NCBI GenBank assembly: GCA_030609775.1 | Contig: JAUWTD010000001.1 | Location: 1-58,575 of the forward strand | DNA: 58,575 nucleotides | Source of the DNA: Candidatus Altiarchaeota archaeon | Lineage (GTDB): Archaea > Altiarchaeota > Altiarchaeia > IMC4 > QMZM01 | Reading direction: 5' to 3' | In this document: one piece after another, positions 22,694 through 33,399 of the stretch | Layout: each line of letters opens with the position of its first letter | How positions within the stretch are numbered: position 1 is the first letter of the stretch | Program-made: the position numbers and the translations under genes | Notes under the pieces: model-generated | The model's database searches: none | Told to the model about the DNA's origin: nothing | Seen by the model: the letters and a program-made list of their open reading frames with translations, nothing else

Positions 22694-23155
22694 TCAAGTA
22701 TCCAGAGTTATGTTAACATCATACCCTGAGAGAACAAAATCATTAGGATCCACTGAATTAAAGACCAGCATATAATAACCTTCACCACAGATTCCGCCAG
22801 AACAGATATCTTCATCCGCCGAAGCAGTCATATTAGCCTTTGTAACCGCATATATGTCAGTTGCGGAGCTGCCTACAGCCAAACGAATACATACAACCTT
22901 ATCCTGTATTGAAAGAGTCTCAACATTAGTAGGTATACGGACACCTGCAGGGATCTTTGAAGGATGCCCGTGAACATAAATAAAATCAGCCGACTGTTTT
23001 ATATCCTGAACCGCCCGATAAGCAGTATCCACATCAATCTGCACTCCAGATGTCGAAACAAGAAAAGTCGAAATGTAAAGAACCGCCGCAAAAATAATTA
23101 AAGACAGACCAAGCATGGTCATATACTCCAACGAAACCTGCCCCTTATCTTCCAT
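22694..23155 (-). CDS. Class III signal peptide (type IV pilin-like) protein
   Basis: MEDKG|QVSLEY followed by a hydrophobic helix; start ATG 23155. Confidence 0.8.
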   Translation of the reverse strand: MEDKGQVSLEYMTMLGLSLIIFAAVLYISTFLVSTSGVQIDVDTAYRAVQDIKQSADFIYVHGHPSKIPAGVRIPTNVETLSIQDKVVCIRLAVGSSATDIYAVTKANMTASADEDICSGGICGEGYYMLVFNSVDPNDFVLSGYDVNITLDT

Positions 23156-23325
23156 TTTTATAAAACAAACCAGATGAATAAAGATATTATGAATGCAGAT
23201 ATAAATACTTTTATCAACTATCAAAGTATTTATACTCTACCCTCATATGTATATACCACATCAGACCACCATAAACCGTTTAGGAAAGGAGAAGACAACA
23301 GACAAAATAGGGGGTGCACAAGATA

Positions 23326-23568
23326 ATGGAATATGAAACCATCACAACAGAATACCTAGATTATGGGAGAAACAAGTTTCTGGAACTATCCAAAAAGAAA
23401 CCGCTCCCAGACGGCAATATATTTTTAAACCTATCTAAAGGATACTATACACCAAACGGAGAGAGAAGATACCAAAAAGGCATTGGTTTCCCCAACGACA
23501 CAGAATTTGTAAATCAGCTAATCGATAAACTAAACAGAATACACAAAGCACAGGATATTGAAATCTGA
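23326..23568 (+). CDS. Small hypothetical protein, possibly PC4/PUR-like nucleic-acid-binding fold
   Basis: GGGGTG SD-like sequence upstream; alternating beta strands then a C-terminal helix (FLNLSKGYY...KGIGFP). Confidence 0.6.
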   Translation: MEYETITTEYLDYGRNKFLELSKKKPLPDGNIFLNLSKGYYTPNGERRYQKGIGFPNDTEFVNQLIDKLNRIHKAQDIEI

Positions 23569-23632
23569 AAGAACCAATGGCTACCCTCCCCCCCATCGGT
23601 TCACATAATCTCTCCGACATTCATTTTAATGA

Positions 23633-24019
23633 CTACATATGTTCTAATGCTATGGCTTTCAGAATATCCGAATTAGATACCATACCAACAAGCTCACCGT
23701 CCACCATAACAGGAAACCTTCGTATATTGGTTTTCGCCATAAACCGAGCTATCGTTTCCACACTCATATCAGGAGATATCGCCATCAATGGCTCAGAGCC
23801 CACCTCATGGACTTTTACCTCACGCGGATCCTTACCGTAAGCAATCACTTTATTTATTATATCCTTCCGGGTTACGATCCCATATACCCCCTGTTCATCC
23901 TCTTTTTCAACTATAAAACTTGTCACACGCCTTTCAACCATCTTAATCATAACATCCATAACAGAAGCATCCCTTCCAATAGACATAATTCCCCGAGTCA
24001 TAATCTCATTAGCATTCAA
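23633..24019 (-). CDS. CBS-domain pair protein
   Basis: A.EIMT, GIVT.KDI, IRRFPV...G.LVGMVS.SDI. Confidence 0.9.
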   Translation of the reverse strand: MNANEIMTRGIMSIGRDASVMDVMIKMVERRVTSFIVEKEDEQGVYGIVTRKDIINKVIAYGKDPREVKVHEVGSEPLMAISPDMSVETIARFMAKTNIRRFPVMVDGELVGMVSNSDILKAIALEHM

Positions 24020-24094
24020 TTAAATCACCTAAATATTCTAAGAAATAGTTAAGATATAGGTTAATTAATAAATAAATCATTTTCTCATGTCAGA

Positions 24095-24394
24095 TTAAAC
24101 ATCCACCCTTCGCACAGTCCCAGGACGCACATTCTTAAACCACAGCTTTGAGCCACCAGATGTTTCAGTCTTACGAGCCACCATTAGCTTCACCAAGGCT
24201 GCTTTTATCTTCACCAGATCCTCTTTATTTCGGGTCTCTAGATATTTCAGGAATTCATTATAGAGTAAGTGAAGTTCCAGGTCATCAACATACCTCTTAG
24301 AGAATTTATCTAAAGCAGCGTTAACATTATCCATATCTTCCTGCTCTAAAATAAGACATATGTTTTTAATTACATAATGACTTGCAAGAACCAT
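24095..24394 (-). CDS. Hypothetical protein
   Basis: 99-aa ORF co-oriented 19 bp after atpD. Confidence 0.6.
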   Translation of the reverse strand: MVLASHYVIKNICLILEQEDMDNVNAALDKFSKRYVDDLELHLLYNEFLKYLETRNKEDLVKIKAALVKLMVARKTETSGGSKLWFKNVRPGTVRRVDV

Positions 24395-24413
24395 CTTATT
24401 ATTTACCTACTAA

Positions 24414-25064
24414 TCAAGCACTCTTTTTTTTCTTCTCACGCTCTTTTTTAGACTTCACCATCTTCAAACGAACAAAACTCTCCCGCTCCATCTCCTCCAG
24501 ACGCATCTTTATATATTTGTGAGTATTATGCAAGCGAGGAATCATTACATACTCGAGGGCACTCACCCGCCGCCTCGTCTTCTTTATCTCTTCGCCGAGT
24601 ATGGAAAGAGTCCCCTCTTTTTCAACGAGATCGAGAATCTGCTCAAAAGCCAACTCAAAATCATCAACAGACTCATCAAGCTTTGAAGACGTGAAAGCAA
24701 GATCATATCTTTCCTTTGAACCTTCCGCTTTAGAAAACTCGATCTGAGGAACCTTAACACCCAAGATATTGCTAAAGGATATATCTATACTTCCAATTTC
24801 AGGAGCAGAAGAAGAAATGGATTGAACATTATCCAGAGACATACGACCCGACGCCGCTACAACATTATCATAAGCACGCTGCATTGTTTCTGTGAGCGCC
24901 TCACGCGGACCCCGGGCCTGATCAACCATCTTTAGAAACTCAGTCATCAAAGAATCCCGCTTCTCCTTTAATAGCTTATGCCCTTTACCTGCAAGAACAA
25001 TCCTCTTATTTATCTCAAGAAGCTCCATCCGGGTGGGATGAATCCCATCAACTATATCCGCCAT
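24414..25064 (-). CDS. atpD: A/V-type ATP synthase subunit D
   Basis: PTRMEL, GHKLLKEKRD.L, EEIKKTRRRV.ALEYV.IP, LEEMERE.F.RLK. Confidence 0.95.
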   Translation of the reverse strand: MADIVDGIHPTRMELLEINKRIVLAGKGHKLLKEKRDSLMTEFLKMVDQARGPREALTETMQRAYDNVVAASGRMSLDNVQSISSSAPEIGSIDISFSNILGVKVPQIEFSKAEGSKERYDLAFTSSKLDESVDDFELAFEQILDLVEKEGTLSILGEEIKKTRRRVSALEYVMIPRLHNTHKYIKMRLEEMERESFVRLKMVKSKKEREKKKKSA

Positions 25065-25067
25065 CTT

Positions 25068-26441
25068 CTATTTATTATAGTATGCCTTGATGAATTTCGG
25101 ATCAATCCGCTTCAAATCCCGTTCAGGCAAAACAGACAAAAGATCCCAGCCCAACGTAAGAGTATCCTCAATAGTTCGGTCATCTGCAGATCCCTGATTT
25201 ATAAACTCCGATTCAAAACGTTCAGCAAACTCAAGGAACTTCAAATCCCGCTCAGTGAGAGCCTCCTCACCAACCACGGCAACAAGATCCCTTAAATCCC
25301 TGCCTTCAGAATATACTGCATACATCTGATTACTGACATCCCGATGATCCTCACGAGTCCGGCCTTTACCAATACCCTGATTCATAAGCCGGGAAAGACA
25401 CGGCAAAACATCTATGGGGGGGAAAATCTCCTTCATATGCAATTGCCTACTCAAAACAATCTGACCCTCAGTAATATAGCCTGTAAGATCAGGAATCGGA
25501 TGAGTTATATCATCACCAGGCATTGTAAGTATCGGAATCTGAGTAATACTCCCCGGTTTTCCTTTAATCCGGCCTGCACGCTCATAACTCATAGACAGAT
25601 CAGTATACAAGTAACCAGGATAACCCCGCCTGCCAGGAACCTCCTCCCTGGCAGCAGACACCTCCCTTAAGGCCTCACAATAGTTCGTAAGATCTGTTAA
25701 AATAACAAGAATATCCATACCCTTCTCATATGCAAGAAACTCCGCAGTAGTTAAAGCAAGCCGAGGAGTGATTATCCTCTCAATTGTCGGATCATCCGCC
25801 AGATTAATAAAAGACACAATCCGCTCTAATGCACCAGTCTTCTCAAACTCGCTTCTGAAAAAATGGTATTCACCAGAGGTTATGCCCATAGCCGCAAACA
25901 CTATAGCAAAGTCACCTTCTTTTCCAGGAACCTTCACCTGCCGGGCAATCTGCGCAGCAAGATCATTATGAGGAAGACCTGCAGCACTGAAAATCGGCAG
26001 CTTCTGACCCCTGACAAGGGTATTCATTCCATCAATCGCACTTACACCAGTCTGAATAAACTCCTTGGGAAAATCCCTTGAAGCAGGATTCATCGGATAA
26101 CCCTCAATGTTCCGCCTATCCTCCGGGATAATCTCAGATTTCCCGTCAATAGGTCTTCCGGCGCCGTCAAATATCCTGCCAAGCATATCCACTGAAACAG
26201 ATATCTTCATAGTCTCACCAAGAAACCGGGCTTTAGTATTCTTAGTATCCAAGCCGGTTGTTCCCTCAAATACCTGAACCACGGCCTTATCAGTCATAGC
26301 ATCCAATACCTGGCCAGTTTTCCTCTCTCCTCCAGCGGTCTCTATCTCCACCACTTCACCATAACTGATATTACGCACATTATCCACAATCATCAGTGGC
26401 CCGGAAACCTCAACCACACTCGTATATTCTTTAACTACCAT
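25068..26441 (-). CDS. atpB: A/V-type ATP synthase subunit B
   Basis: [56 protein letters not shown]. Confidence 0.97.
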   Translation of the reverse strand: MVVKEYTSVVEVSGPLMIVDNVRNISYGEVVEIETAGGERKTGQVLDAMTDKAVVQVFEGTTGLDTKNTKARFLGETMKISVSVDMLGRIFDGAGRPIDGKSEIIPEDRRNIEGYPMNPASRDFPKEFIQTGVSAIDGMNTLVRGQKLPIFSAAGLPHNDLAAQIARQVKVPGKEGDFAIVFAAMGITSGEYHFFRSEFEKTGALERIVSFINLADDPTIERIITPRLALTTAEFLAYEKGMDILVILTDLTNYCEALREVSAAREEVPGRRGYPGYLYTDLSMSYERAGRIKGKPGSITQIPILTMPGDDITHPIPDLTGYITEGQIVLSRQLHMKEIFPPIDVLPCLSRLMNQGIGKGRTREDHRDVSNQMYAVYSEGRDLRDLVAVVGEEALTERDLKFLEFAERFESEFINQGSADDRTIEDTLTLGWDLLSVLPERDLKRIDPKFIKAYYNK

Positions 26442-26443
26442 CT

Positions 26444-28195
26444 TTAATCACCCGTCCTCTCCTTAAATTGGTCAATATCCTTAATAATTCCCTTGAATTC
26501 CTCATCAAACTTGTCCTCAGGTACATACTTCATCTTAGCTATACGATCCACTACACCCAGCCTGCTGATTTTTGCAGGATCCATTCCAGCATCTAACGCA
26601 GTTACAGCCCCCGCATAAAAACTGCGGATCGCAGAAAGCATCTTATACTGTTTTTCTAGAGAACAATACGTATCAACATCATGGAATGCATTCTGCTGAA
26701 GGAAATCCTCCCTTATCATCCTTGCAACATCCAAAATAATCCTCTCCCTCTCAGGCAACGCATCAGGACCAACAAGCTGCACAATCTCCATGAGCTCGGA
26801 TTCCTTCTGCAGGATAGTCATGGCCTCAACACGCATCTCAAACCAATCCTCTGCAACCTCCTTCTTAAACCACCCGGTTAATTCATCCAGATACAACGAA
26901 TAAGACGTAAGCCAATTAATGGACGGAAAATGCCTTCGGTCAGCAAGCTTCGCATCCAAGGCCCAGAATACATGCGTTACCCGCAAGGTATTCTGAGTTA
27001 CAGGCTCAGAGAAGTCACCGCCCGGAGGAGAAACCGCCCCAATAACAGAAATGGAACCAAACCGATCCTCACTTCCCAAGGTAACAACCCTGCCAGACCG
27101 CTCATAGAATTCCGCAAGCCTAGAAGCAAGATAAGCAGGATAACCTTCTTCACCCGGCATCTCCTCAAGCCGACCTGAAATCTCCCGCATAGCCTCAGCC
27201 CACCGGGAGGTTGAATCAGCCATCAAAGCAGTATTATAACCCATATCCCGGTAGTATTCAGCCAAGGTAATCCCAGTATAAACCGACGCTTCCCTTGCAG
27301 CAACAGGCATATTAGATGTGTTCGCAATAAGACACGTCCGCTCCATTAACGGAAGCTTAGTCTTAGGATCCTCAAGATGAGGGAACTCATCAAGAACCTC
27401 AGTCATCTCGTTTCCGCGTTCACCGCAGCCAACATAGATGATAACCTCTGCATCAACCCACTTCGCTAACTGATGCTGAGAAACCGTCTTACCCGTACCA
27501 AAACCACCAGGTATGGCAGCAGTACCGCCTTTAGCAAGAGGGAAAAAGGTATCAAATATCCTCTGCCCACTTATGAGAGGAATATTACACTCAAGCTTCC
27601 TCTTAAATGGCCTCGGACGCCTTACAGGCCACACCTGCATACCCATAATATCATGTTCTTTTCCTTTGTCGTCTTTCAGAACGCATACAGTTTCAGTTAC
27701 ATTAAATCTACCATCCTCTATGTGCTCCACAATACCAGAAACCCTATGCGGCACCATGATCCTGTTAGTGATAACCTCGGTCTCTTTGACTTCGCCGATT
27801 ATATCACCTGCCGAAAGCATGTCACCAACCTTGACCTTCGGAACAAAATCCCACTTCCGGACTTTGTCTATTGAAGATACGACAACACCCCTCGTAATAA
27901 AATCCCCTACCTTATCCTTTATCAAATCCAACGGACGCTGAACACCATCATAAATAGACTTAAGAACACCCGGACCAAGCTCAACCGAGAGCGACCTACC
28001 TGTAAGATCCACAGGCTCCCCCGGAGTTAACCCCGTAGTATCCTCATAAACCTGAATAGATGCAGTATCCCCAACCAATTTAATGACCTCACCAATCAAC
28101 CTATCTTCACCAATCTTGACTAGTTCATACATCATACTTCCACGCATTCCTTCGGCCTCTACCAACGAGCCGGCAATTCTTGAAATCTTACCCAT
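26444..28195 (-). CDS. atpA: A/V-type ATP synthase subunit A
   Basis: P-loop [27 protein letters not shown]; no intein. Confidence 0.97.
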   Translation of the reverse strand: MGKISRIAGSLVEAEGMRGSMMYELVKIGEDRLIGEVIKLVGDTASIQVYEDTTGLTPGEPVDLTGRSLSVELGPGVLKSIYDGVQRPLDLIKDKVGDFITRGVVVSSIDKVRKWDFVPKVKVGDMLSAGDIIGEVKETEVITNRIMVPHRVSGIVEHIEDGRFNVTETVCVLKDDKGKEHDIMGMQVWPVRRPRPFKRKLECNIPLISGQRIFDTFFPLAKGGTAAIPGGFGTGKTVSQHQLAKWVDAEVIIYVGCGERGNEMTEVLDEFPHLEDPKTKLPLMERTCLIANTSNMPVAAREASVYTGITLAEYYRDMGYNTALMADSTSRWAEAMREISGRLEEMPGEEGYPAYLASRLAEFYERSGRVVTLGSEDRFGSISVIGAVSPPGGDFSEPVTQNTLRVTHVFWALDAKLADRRHFPSINWLTSYSLYLDELTGWFKKEVAEDWFEMRVEAMTILQKESELMEIVQLVGPDALPERERIILDVARMIREDFLQQNAFHDVDTYCSLEKQYKMLSAIRSFYAGAVTALDAGMDPAKISRLGVVDRIAKMKYVPEDKFDEEFKGIIKDIDQFKERTGD

Positions 28196-28197
28196 CT

Positions 28198-28521
28198 TCA
28201 GCCTCCTTCTTGTTTATCTGATTTATTTGACGTTATTTCAAAACCTACAGTATCTTTTATCAACTTACTTATTATATCTCCGCCACCGCCACTCCTATCA
28301 GGAATGCCGACCACGAGCTTCCCTGAAGACCGTATCTTGTCTATACATTCCTCAGCACATATATAAAGCTCATTTGTAACGACGATAATATCTGCTTTAT
28401 TTTTTATATCATTCAACACATCTATGATGTTTTCAGGGGTTGCAGTATATACATTCTTGACGCCTGCCAAACCAAACCCTGTTACAACGAGCTCATTACC
28501 TACCAGATACAGTTGAGTCAT
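28198..28521 (-). CDS. atpF: A/V-type ATP synthase subunit F
   Basis: G.E..VTGF.LAGV, IPD, LIKDTVG; position just upstream of subunit A. Confidence 0.88.
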   Translation of the reverse strand: MTQLYLVGNELVVTGFGLAGVKNVYTATPENIIDVLNDIKNKADIIVVTNELYICAEECIDKIRSSGKLVVGIPDRSGGGGDIISKLIKDTVGFEITSNKSDKQEGG

Positions 28522-29074
28522 TCTCTCCAAACAGGATAGACACCACCTCTGGCTTGATGGTTGCCTTAAACTGCTTCAACCTACTCTCCAAAGTATTATC
28601 TATCCTCAATGTTTTATCTTTACTAATTACAACGACGCCGAAATCACCTAAATCAGCAGGTTTCGCCCCATCCAAGAGACCAACATATTTCTTATCAACA
28701 AGAATAACAGGATCATCAATACTCCTCATCCCTTCATCAGCCAGATTCCGGAGTATATGCTTTTTCTCACTGTCACTAAGATTCCGTATAATATCCCCTG
28801 CCTCCTGAAACACCTTATCAAGAAGCTTATTCTTCTCTGAACTAATAATCGCCCTAACCTGTGTATTAGCATCAGCCATAATTCTCTTGCGAACAAGCAC
28901 TATCTCAGCTTCACCTTCCTTTTTCACCTGATCCGCCTGCACCCGCGCCTTCTTTTTGATGCCTTCTTTAATCGCCTTAATCTCTTCTTCCATCTGAGAA
29001 TTAATCTTCTCAAGATCATCTTTACAGTCTTTCCGAATCTTGGCCTCTAATTCCTGTAAACCGATTTCAATCAC
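28496..29074 (-). CDS. atpE: A/V-type ATP synthase subunit E
   Basis: GL..L...I coiled coil; FGVVV.S.D....DNT.E.RL, ILFG. Confidence 0.87.
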   Translation of the reverse strand: MIEIGLQELEAKIRKDCKDDLEKINSQMEEEIKAIKEGIKKKARVQADQVKKEGEAEIVLVRKRIMADANTQVRAIISSEKNKLLDKVFQEAGDIIRNLSDSEKKHILRNLADEGMRSIDDPVILVDKKYVGLLDGAKPADLGDFGVVVISKDKTLRIDNTLESRLKQFKATIKPEVVSILFGENDSTVSGR

Positions 29075-29375
29075 CTCTAAGCTTTTTCAAAACAAATTGT
29101 ATGGATTCAGCCTCATTTTTGGATGCATAAAGTTGAATCTTGGAAACCTCGGCCTTCCCATTAGCAATTATCTTTTCTGAATCCCTCTTCGCCTCAGACT
29201 TAGCTTTCTCAATTGCCTTAGATACCTCAGTTCTCGCCTTATCAACCTTCTTTTGGATTATCTCACCCCCCTGAGACCTCGTCCCCACAACACTCTGAAC
29301 AGACACTTGCCTTGCATCATCTATCTGCTTCAAAACATCATATTCTACCTTCTTAATCTGGACCAAATCATTCAT
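29067..29375 (-). CDS. atpH: A/V-type ATP synthase subunit H (G)
   Basis: ~100-aa coiled coil (L..IK..E....I..A) at the head of the operon. Confidence 0.75.
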   Translation of the reverse strand: MNDLVQIKKVEYDVLKQIDDARQVSVQSVVGTRSQGGEIIQKKVDKARTEVSKAIEKAKSEAKRDSEKIIANGKAEVSKIQLYASKNEAESIQFVLKKLRGD

Positions 29376-29427
29376 TTTTAATGTAATAGATTTTATATTA
29401 TTTTCATACCCTATTTATAATATTTAT

Positions 29428-29533
29428 TGTTAATGAATTATAATGTAAATAAATCACAAGATAAAATTAAACTAATAACATGTTAATGAGTTATAATGTA
29501 AATAAATCACAAGATAAAATTAAACTAATAACA
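29428..29533. repeat. 53-bp tandem duplication (1 mismatch) in the atpH/atpK divergent intergenic region
   Basis: tgttaatga(a/g)ttataatgtaaataaatcacaagataaaattaaactaataaca at 29428-29480 and 29481-29533. Confidence 0.92.
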
Positions 29534-29585
29534 TTAAGATTTAAGACATTAAAAAGTTTTCTAATATTTCCTAAGGTTATTTATT

Positions 29586-29651
29586 ATTATTTATAATATC
29601 TGAAGTATAATATCAGAGTACGATAAATTTTAGGCATTATTTATAATATCT
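29586..29651 (+). promoter_or_regulatory. Two identical TATA-containing 16-mers 50 bp apart upstream of atpK
   Basis: attatttataatatct at 29586-29601 and 29636-29651; SD GGAGGTGA at 29681-29688. Confidence 0.5.
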
Positions 29652-29692
29652 AAAAACACATATAAACATTAAAATAAAATGGAGGTGAACAC

Positions 29693-29914
29693 ATGGCTGA
29701 TACATCCCTAATTACACCAGAATTTGCGGCTGCGCTTACGATGGGCCTATCTGCACTAGGAGCAGGATATGCTATAGCAGCATCAGGTAGCGCTGCTGCT
29801 GCGGCAACAGTAGAAAAACCAGAAGTATTTGGTAAAGTGATGATTTTTGTTGCATTAGCAGAAGCAATTGCTATCTATGGTCTGGTCGTAGCCTTAATGA
29901 TTCTGTTCGCATAA
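29693..29914 (+). CDS. atpK: A/V-type ATP synthase subunit K (c, proteolipid), single hairpin
   Basis: GLSALGAG.A, EKPE.FGK..IFVALAEAIAIYGL; strong SD. Confidence 0.93.
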   Translation: MADTSLITPEFAAALTMGLSALGAGYAIAASGSAAAAATVEKPEVFGKVMIFVALAEAIAIYGLVVALMILFA

Positions 29915-30009
29915 TATAAAAAAAAATGCATGATAGAATAGATTATCTTCTTCTTTTATTATTTTATTTCCTCTTTTTTTCTGACTCGTTTTTTTAATAA
30001 GAAAAAAAG

Positions 30010-31053
30010 TTATGCCAGCATTACAAGAGTCTCCTCAATCTTCTCTGAAGGCAACGTCCCAGCTATACCAACACAGATGGATTTAAGATTTTGTATCTCC
30101 AACTCCTTAAGAGTCATATAACCAAGTATAAAGCCAAGTCTAAACGGATGCTCGATCATAATATTCTGACTCTGCTTAGCAAGATAAGCCTTAAGAGCAA
30201 GCTCAATAGGCAGAAGCGAGTTTGTTTTCTCGTACTTGTCTGCCGCATCCTCCAGAATGGGGCCATATACGGTAGATGACAATTTTTTCAGGGTCGCAGC
30301 CGCATCCACCGCAAGATACCTGTCAAGTGAACCGAGATGATACCCATCTGATGGAATAATAAATCTACTATCATCATACCCACGAGAAACAGCCCTGAGA
30401 AGTATCATGATATTTGCCACCTCAATTTCCAACGCAACCAACATAGACGCAGTCTTCTTATCTGCACCCTTGAGATGCCCAACCGCATTCTGCAACTCAG
30501 AGAAATAATATTGATCCAACGCAACCAATACACCTAAAAGATCAGGGGAATCAGGCATAAACTTATCCAAACCACTATATCGTCCAAGCACAGCAGAGAT
30601 GATTTCCTCGACTGAAAGAGTACTCAACCGCGAAATAAACTCCTCAGTATCAACCCTGAACACACTGCCAGCATCCGCAAAAGGCAAACTACTGTCGATT
30701 TCATCCGACGTCAACCCACCTGCCTGCGAATTAAGGATTAGTTTTATCAGCTCAAACTCATACTTTCTTGAGATCACATCAAACAAGGGCCTACATTTAG
30801 GAGGACACAACATAAACACTTTATTGACTGCCCGGATAAGATCCATACCCAAACACATCCCAACCTTATGAACATCTACCGTATCCAACCCAGATAAAAC
30901 ATCACCATAATAGGTCTGCTTCAAAGACATGACAAAATCATCAAGGCTTTTTACCCGCGTCAACGCCCCAAACTCACCCTCACTAAGCAGAAGACTGCGC
31001 ATAACCTTCACCCGGGTGTTTGAATACGCATAGGTTACTACACTCATTTTCAA
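30010..31053 (-). CDS. atpC: A/V-type ATP synthase subunit C
   Basis: YAYSNTRVKVMRS.LL, LDQYYF, IEVANI..LLR, Y...KE.EI.NL. Confidence 0.9.
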   Translation of the reverse strand: MKMSVVTYAYSNTRVKVMRSLLLSEGEFGALTRVKSLDDFVMSLKQTYYGDVLSGLDTVDVHKVGMCLGMDLIRAVNKVFMLCPPKCRPLFDVISRKYEFELIKLILNSQAGGLTSDEIDSSLPFADAGSVFRVDTEEFISRLSTLSVEEIISAVLGRYSGLDKFMPDSPDLLGVLVALDQYYFSELQNAVGHLKGADKKTASMLVALEIEVANIMILLRAVSRGYDDSRFIIPSDGYHLGSLDRYLAVDAAATLKKLSSTVYGPILEDAADKYEKTNSLLPIELALKAYLAKQSQNIMIEHPFRLGFILGYMTLKELEIQNLKSICVGIAGTLPSEKIEETLVMLA

Positions 31054-31131
31054 GACTTTTATTAAGCAAAATTCTTATTTATTATATTAAACAATATATT
31101 ATATTCCATTCTATAAATTTATATAGCAAAA

Positions 31132-33162
31132 ATGTTTAAGCCGTTGCAGATGAAGAAAATCAGGATTCTTATAATAGACAACTACTTAGACAAAGTAATG
31201 AATATGCTCGGCAAAAAAGGAGCATTACAGATAACAAAAGTAGAGGAAAGCGAAATTAAACCACCTGAAAGGAAAAAAATCATTGAAGGCTACTCTAACC
31301 TACTGAATAAGATAAATGTAATCACAGACATTCTCGGCATAGAGGACATAGAGGACAGAGAAACTAAAACCCTTCTTCAGGAGAAGCCAACAGAAGAATA
31401 TTTAGGAGAGATAGAGGAAACAATTGAGGAAATATATAAAGAAACTAAACCAATCGCAGAAAAATTAGGGAAAATAAAAGACGAGAAGACAACACTTGAA
31501 GACCACATAATTGCATTAAATGCCTTAGACAAAATAGAAGTTGATACAGACTGGCTTGGGGTCTCAGATTTCATGTACACAACCTCAGGATTCATAAACC
31601 CAAAGAACATAGATGAACTCACAACAAGACTAAACGAGATAACAAAAAAACAATGCATCATACTCACTAAACCAGAAAGCCTGCCAGAAAACAAAAACAT
31701 AACAGTTATCGCAACATTAAAACAGTATCAACATGATGTAGAAGGCATCCTCAGAGGACTGAGATTTGAAACACTAAACATCACATACAGAAACCTTGAT
31801 GAAATAGAAAAAAAGCTCAAAATAATCAATAAAGAAGAGAAAAAACTCCACAATGATTTAGAAAAAATAAAATACGAACGATTTAATGACATACTTGTAG
31901 CAAAGGAGATAACAGAGATAGAAAAAAACACACAAAATAGCATAATAAACTTCGGGAAAACCCAGAGAGTATATGTACTTGAAGGATGGATCCCCGCAAA
32001 GGAAGTCGATCCAGTGAGTAAGGAAATAGAAGAAATAACAGAAGGATGCAACCTAATCCAAACAAATGAACCAAATAAAAAGGATGACGTCCCAGTATCC
32101 TACAATAACCCGAAAGCAATCAAACCATTCGAAATCGTCATGGACATGTTTGGTCTGCCAGCGTACACTGAAATAGATCCGACACCTATCATGGCAATAA
32201 CGTTCCCCTTGTTCTTCGGCCTTATGTTCGGTGACGTTGGACACGGAGCAATATTCGCACTCCTCGGCTTAGGCATCATATACAAAAAGAGAGGAAACGA
32301 ATCAATGTGGAAAATAGGGATGCTCCTATTCTACTGCGGGATGGCGGCAGTTATCTTTGGTTTCATGTATGGGAGCTTCTTTGGCGACGAAGAAATGCTA
32401 CCACACACATATAAGGAACTAGGTATCGGGCACGCTGTTGAAATAGAACACAACGGACATATTGAGGAGATTTGGGTCCTCTGGATGAGCCCACCACACC
32501 AGATGATGGATATGATTGGTATAACACTCCTCTTCGGCGCAATACATATGGTTATAGGGCTTATAATGAACGTCATAAACAATTTAATTGAATCAGGATC
32601 AGGCACACTGATACAATCCATATCAAAGGTGTGGTTCCTTATCGGAGAAGTTGCAGTGATAGCAGTAGTATTCCCCTTCCCCATCCCCTTCTTCAGTTCA
32701 ATGAAGGATACCGTTCCCCTGGCAAACATACTGTTAATAGGTCTGGCGATACCCGGAGCAGGCATACTGCTCAGCGAACTAACCCATGCACTGCACGATT
32801 TCAGCATAAAAAAGTTTATAGGAATAACATTAAACGGATTATTCGAAATCTTTGAACTATTCTCAATGTTCTTAAGCAACACCATCTCATACAGCAGACT
32901 CCTCATCCTCGCAGTAGTCCACGCAATGATGATGACGGCAATCTATAAAATAGCAAACATGGAAGCATTATCAGGTCTATTCATAGTAAGCTTATTAATC
33001 ATAATAGGTGGAAACATACTAGTACTCGTCCTTGAAGGATTAGTCGTCTTCATCCACACAATCAGGCTACACTTCTACGAATGGTTCACGAAATTCCATA
33101 GATCAGGCGGCATCAAATACGCACCATACATCGTCGAGAGAAAATACACTGAACTAAACTGA
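31132..33162 (+). CDS. atpI: A/V-type ATP synthase subunit I (a)
   Basis: MFKP..MKK, EIDPT, FFGLMFGD.GHG, SN..SYSRL, HTIRLHFYEWF.KF. Confidence 0.95.
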   Translation: MFKPLQMKKIRILIIDNYLDKVMNMLGKKGALQITKVEESEIKPPERKKIIEGYSNLLNKINVITDILGIEDIEDRETKTLLQEKPTEEYLGEIEETIEEIYKETKPIAEKLGKIKDEKTTLEDHIIALNALDKIEVDTDWLGVSDFMYTTSGFINPKNIDELTTRLNEITKKQCIILTKPESLPENKNITVIATLKQYQHDVEGILRGLRFETLNITYRNLDEIEKKLKIINKEEKKLHNDLEKIKYERFNDILVAKEITEIEKNTQNSIINFGKTQRVYVLEGWIPAKEVDPVSKEIEEITEGCNLIQTNEPNKKDDVPVSYNNPKAIKPFEIVMDMFGLPAYTEIDPTPIMAITFPLFFGLMFGDVGHGAIFALLGLGIIYKKRGNESMWKIGMLLFYCGMAAVIFGFMYGSFFGDEEMLPHTYKELGIGHAVEIEHNGHIEEIWVLWMSPPHQMMDMIGITLLFGAIHMVIGLIMNVINNLIESGSGTLIQSISKVWFLIGEVAVIAVVFPFPIPFFSSMKDTVPLANILLIGLAIPGAGILLSELTHALHDFSIKKFIGITLNGLFEIFELFSMFLSNTISYSRLLILAVVHAMMMTAIYKIANMEALSGLFIVSLLIIIGGNILVLVLEGLVVFIHTIRLHFYEWFTKFHRSGGIKYAPYIVERKYTELN

Positions 33163-33179
33163 CTGAAAAAATAAAAAAA

Positions 33180-33377
33180 TTGAAGTCAAAAAACGAGGTA
33201 TTTAACACAAGCCTGATGCTCGGCGTAGAATTTGCTTTAATAACCATAATCTTTATCTTCTCAGGATTCTACATAGGATCCCTGATCAATAAAACCGCTA
33301 CAGCAGTGTGCACAGTCACAGGAGCCACCCTCGGATTCGCCATCGCATTACGCAGACTAATCAAAAAAGTAGAATAA
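33180..33377 (+). CDS. AtpZ/AtpI (ATPase gene-1)-like small membrane protein
   Basis: 65 aa, two TM helices with G.E.A....G...G...G..LG pattern; 17 bp after the subunit I stop; TTG start. Confidence 0.55.
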   Translation: MKSKNEVFNTSLMLGVEFALITIIFIFSGFYIGSLINKTATAVCTVTGATLGFAIALRRLIKKVE

Positions 33378-33399
33378 AATAGTTTTTCTGTTTATTTCA

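Noticed and set aside
26444..28195. Intein in ATP synthase subunit A
   Set aside because: 583 aa with a continuous P-loop region; no insertion.
29428..29533. CRISPR array
   Set aside because: Two abutting copies, no spacers, no cas genes.
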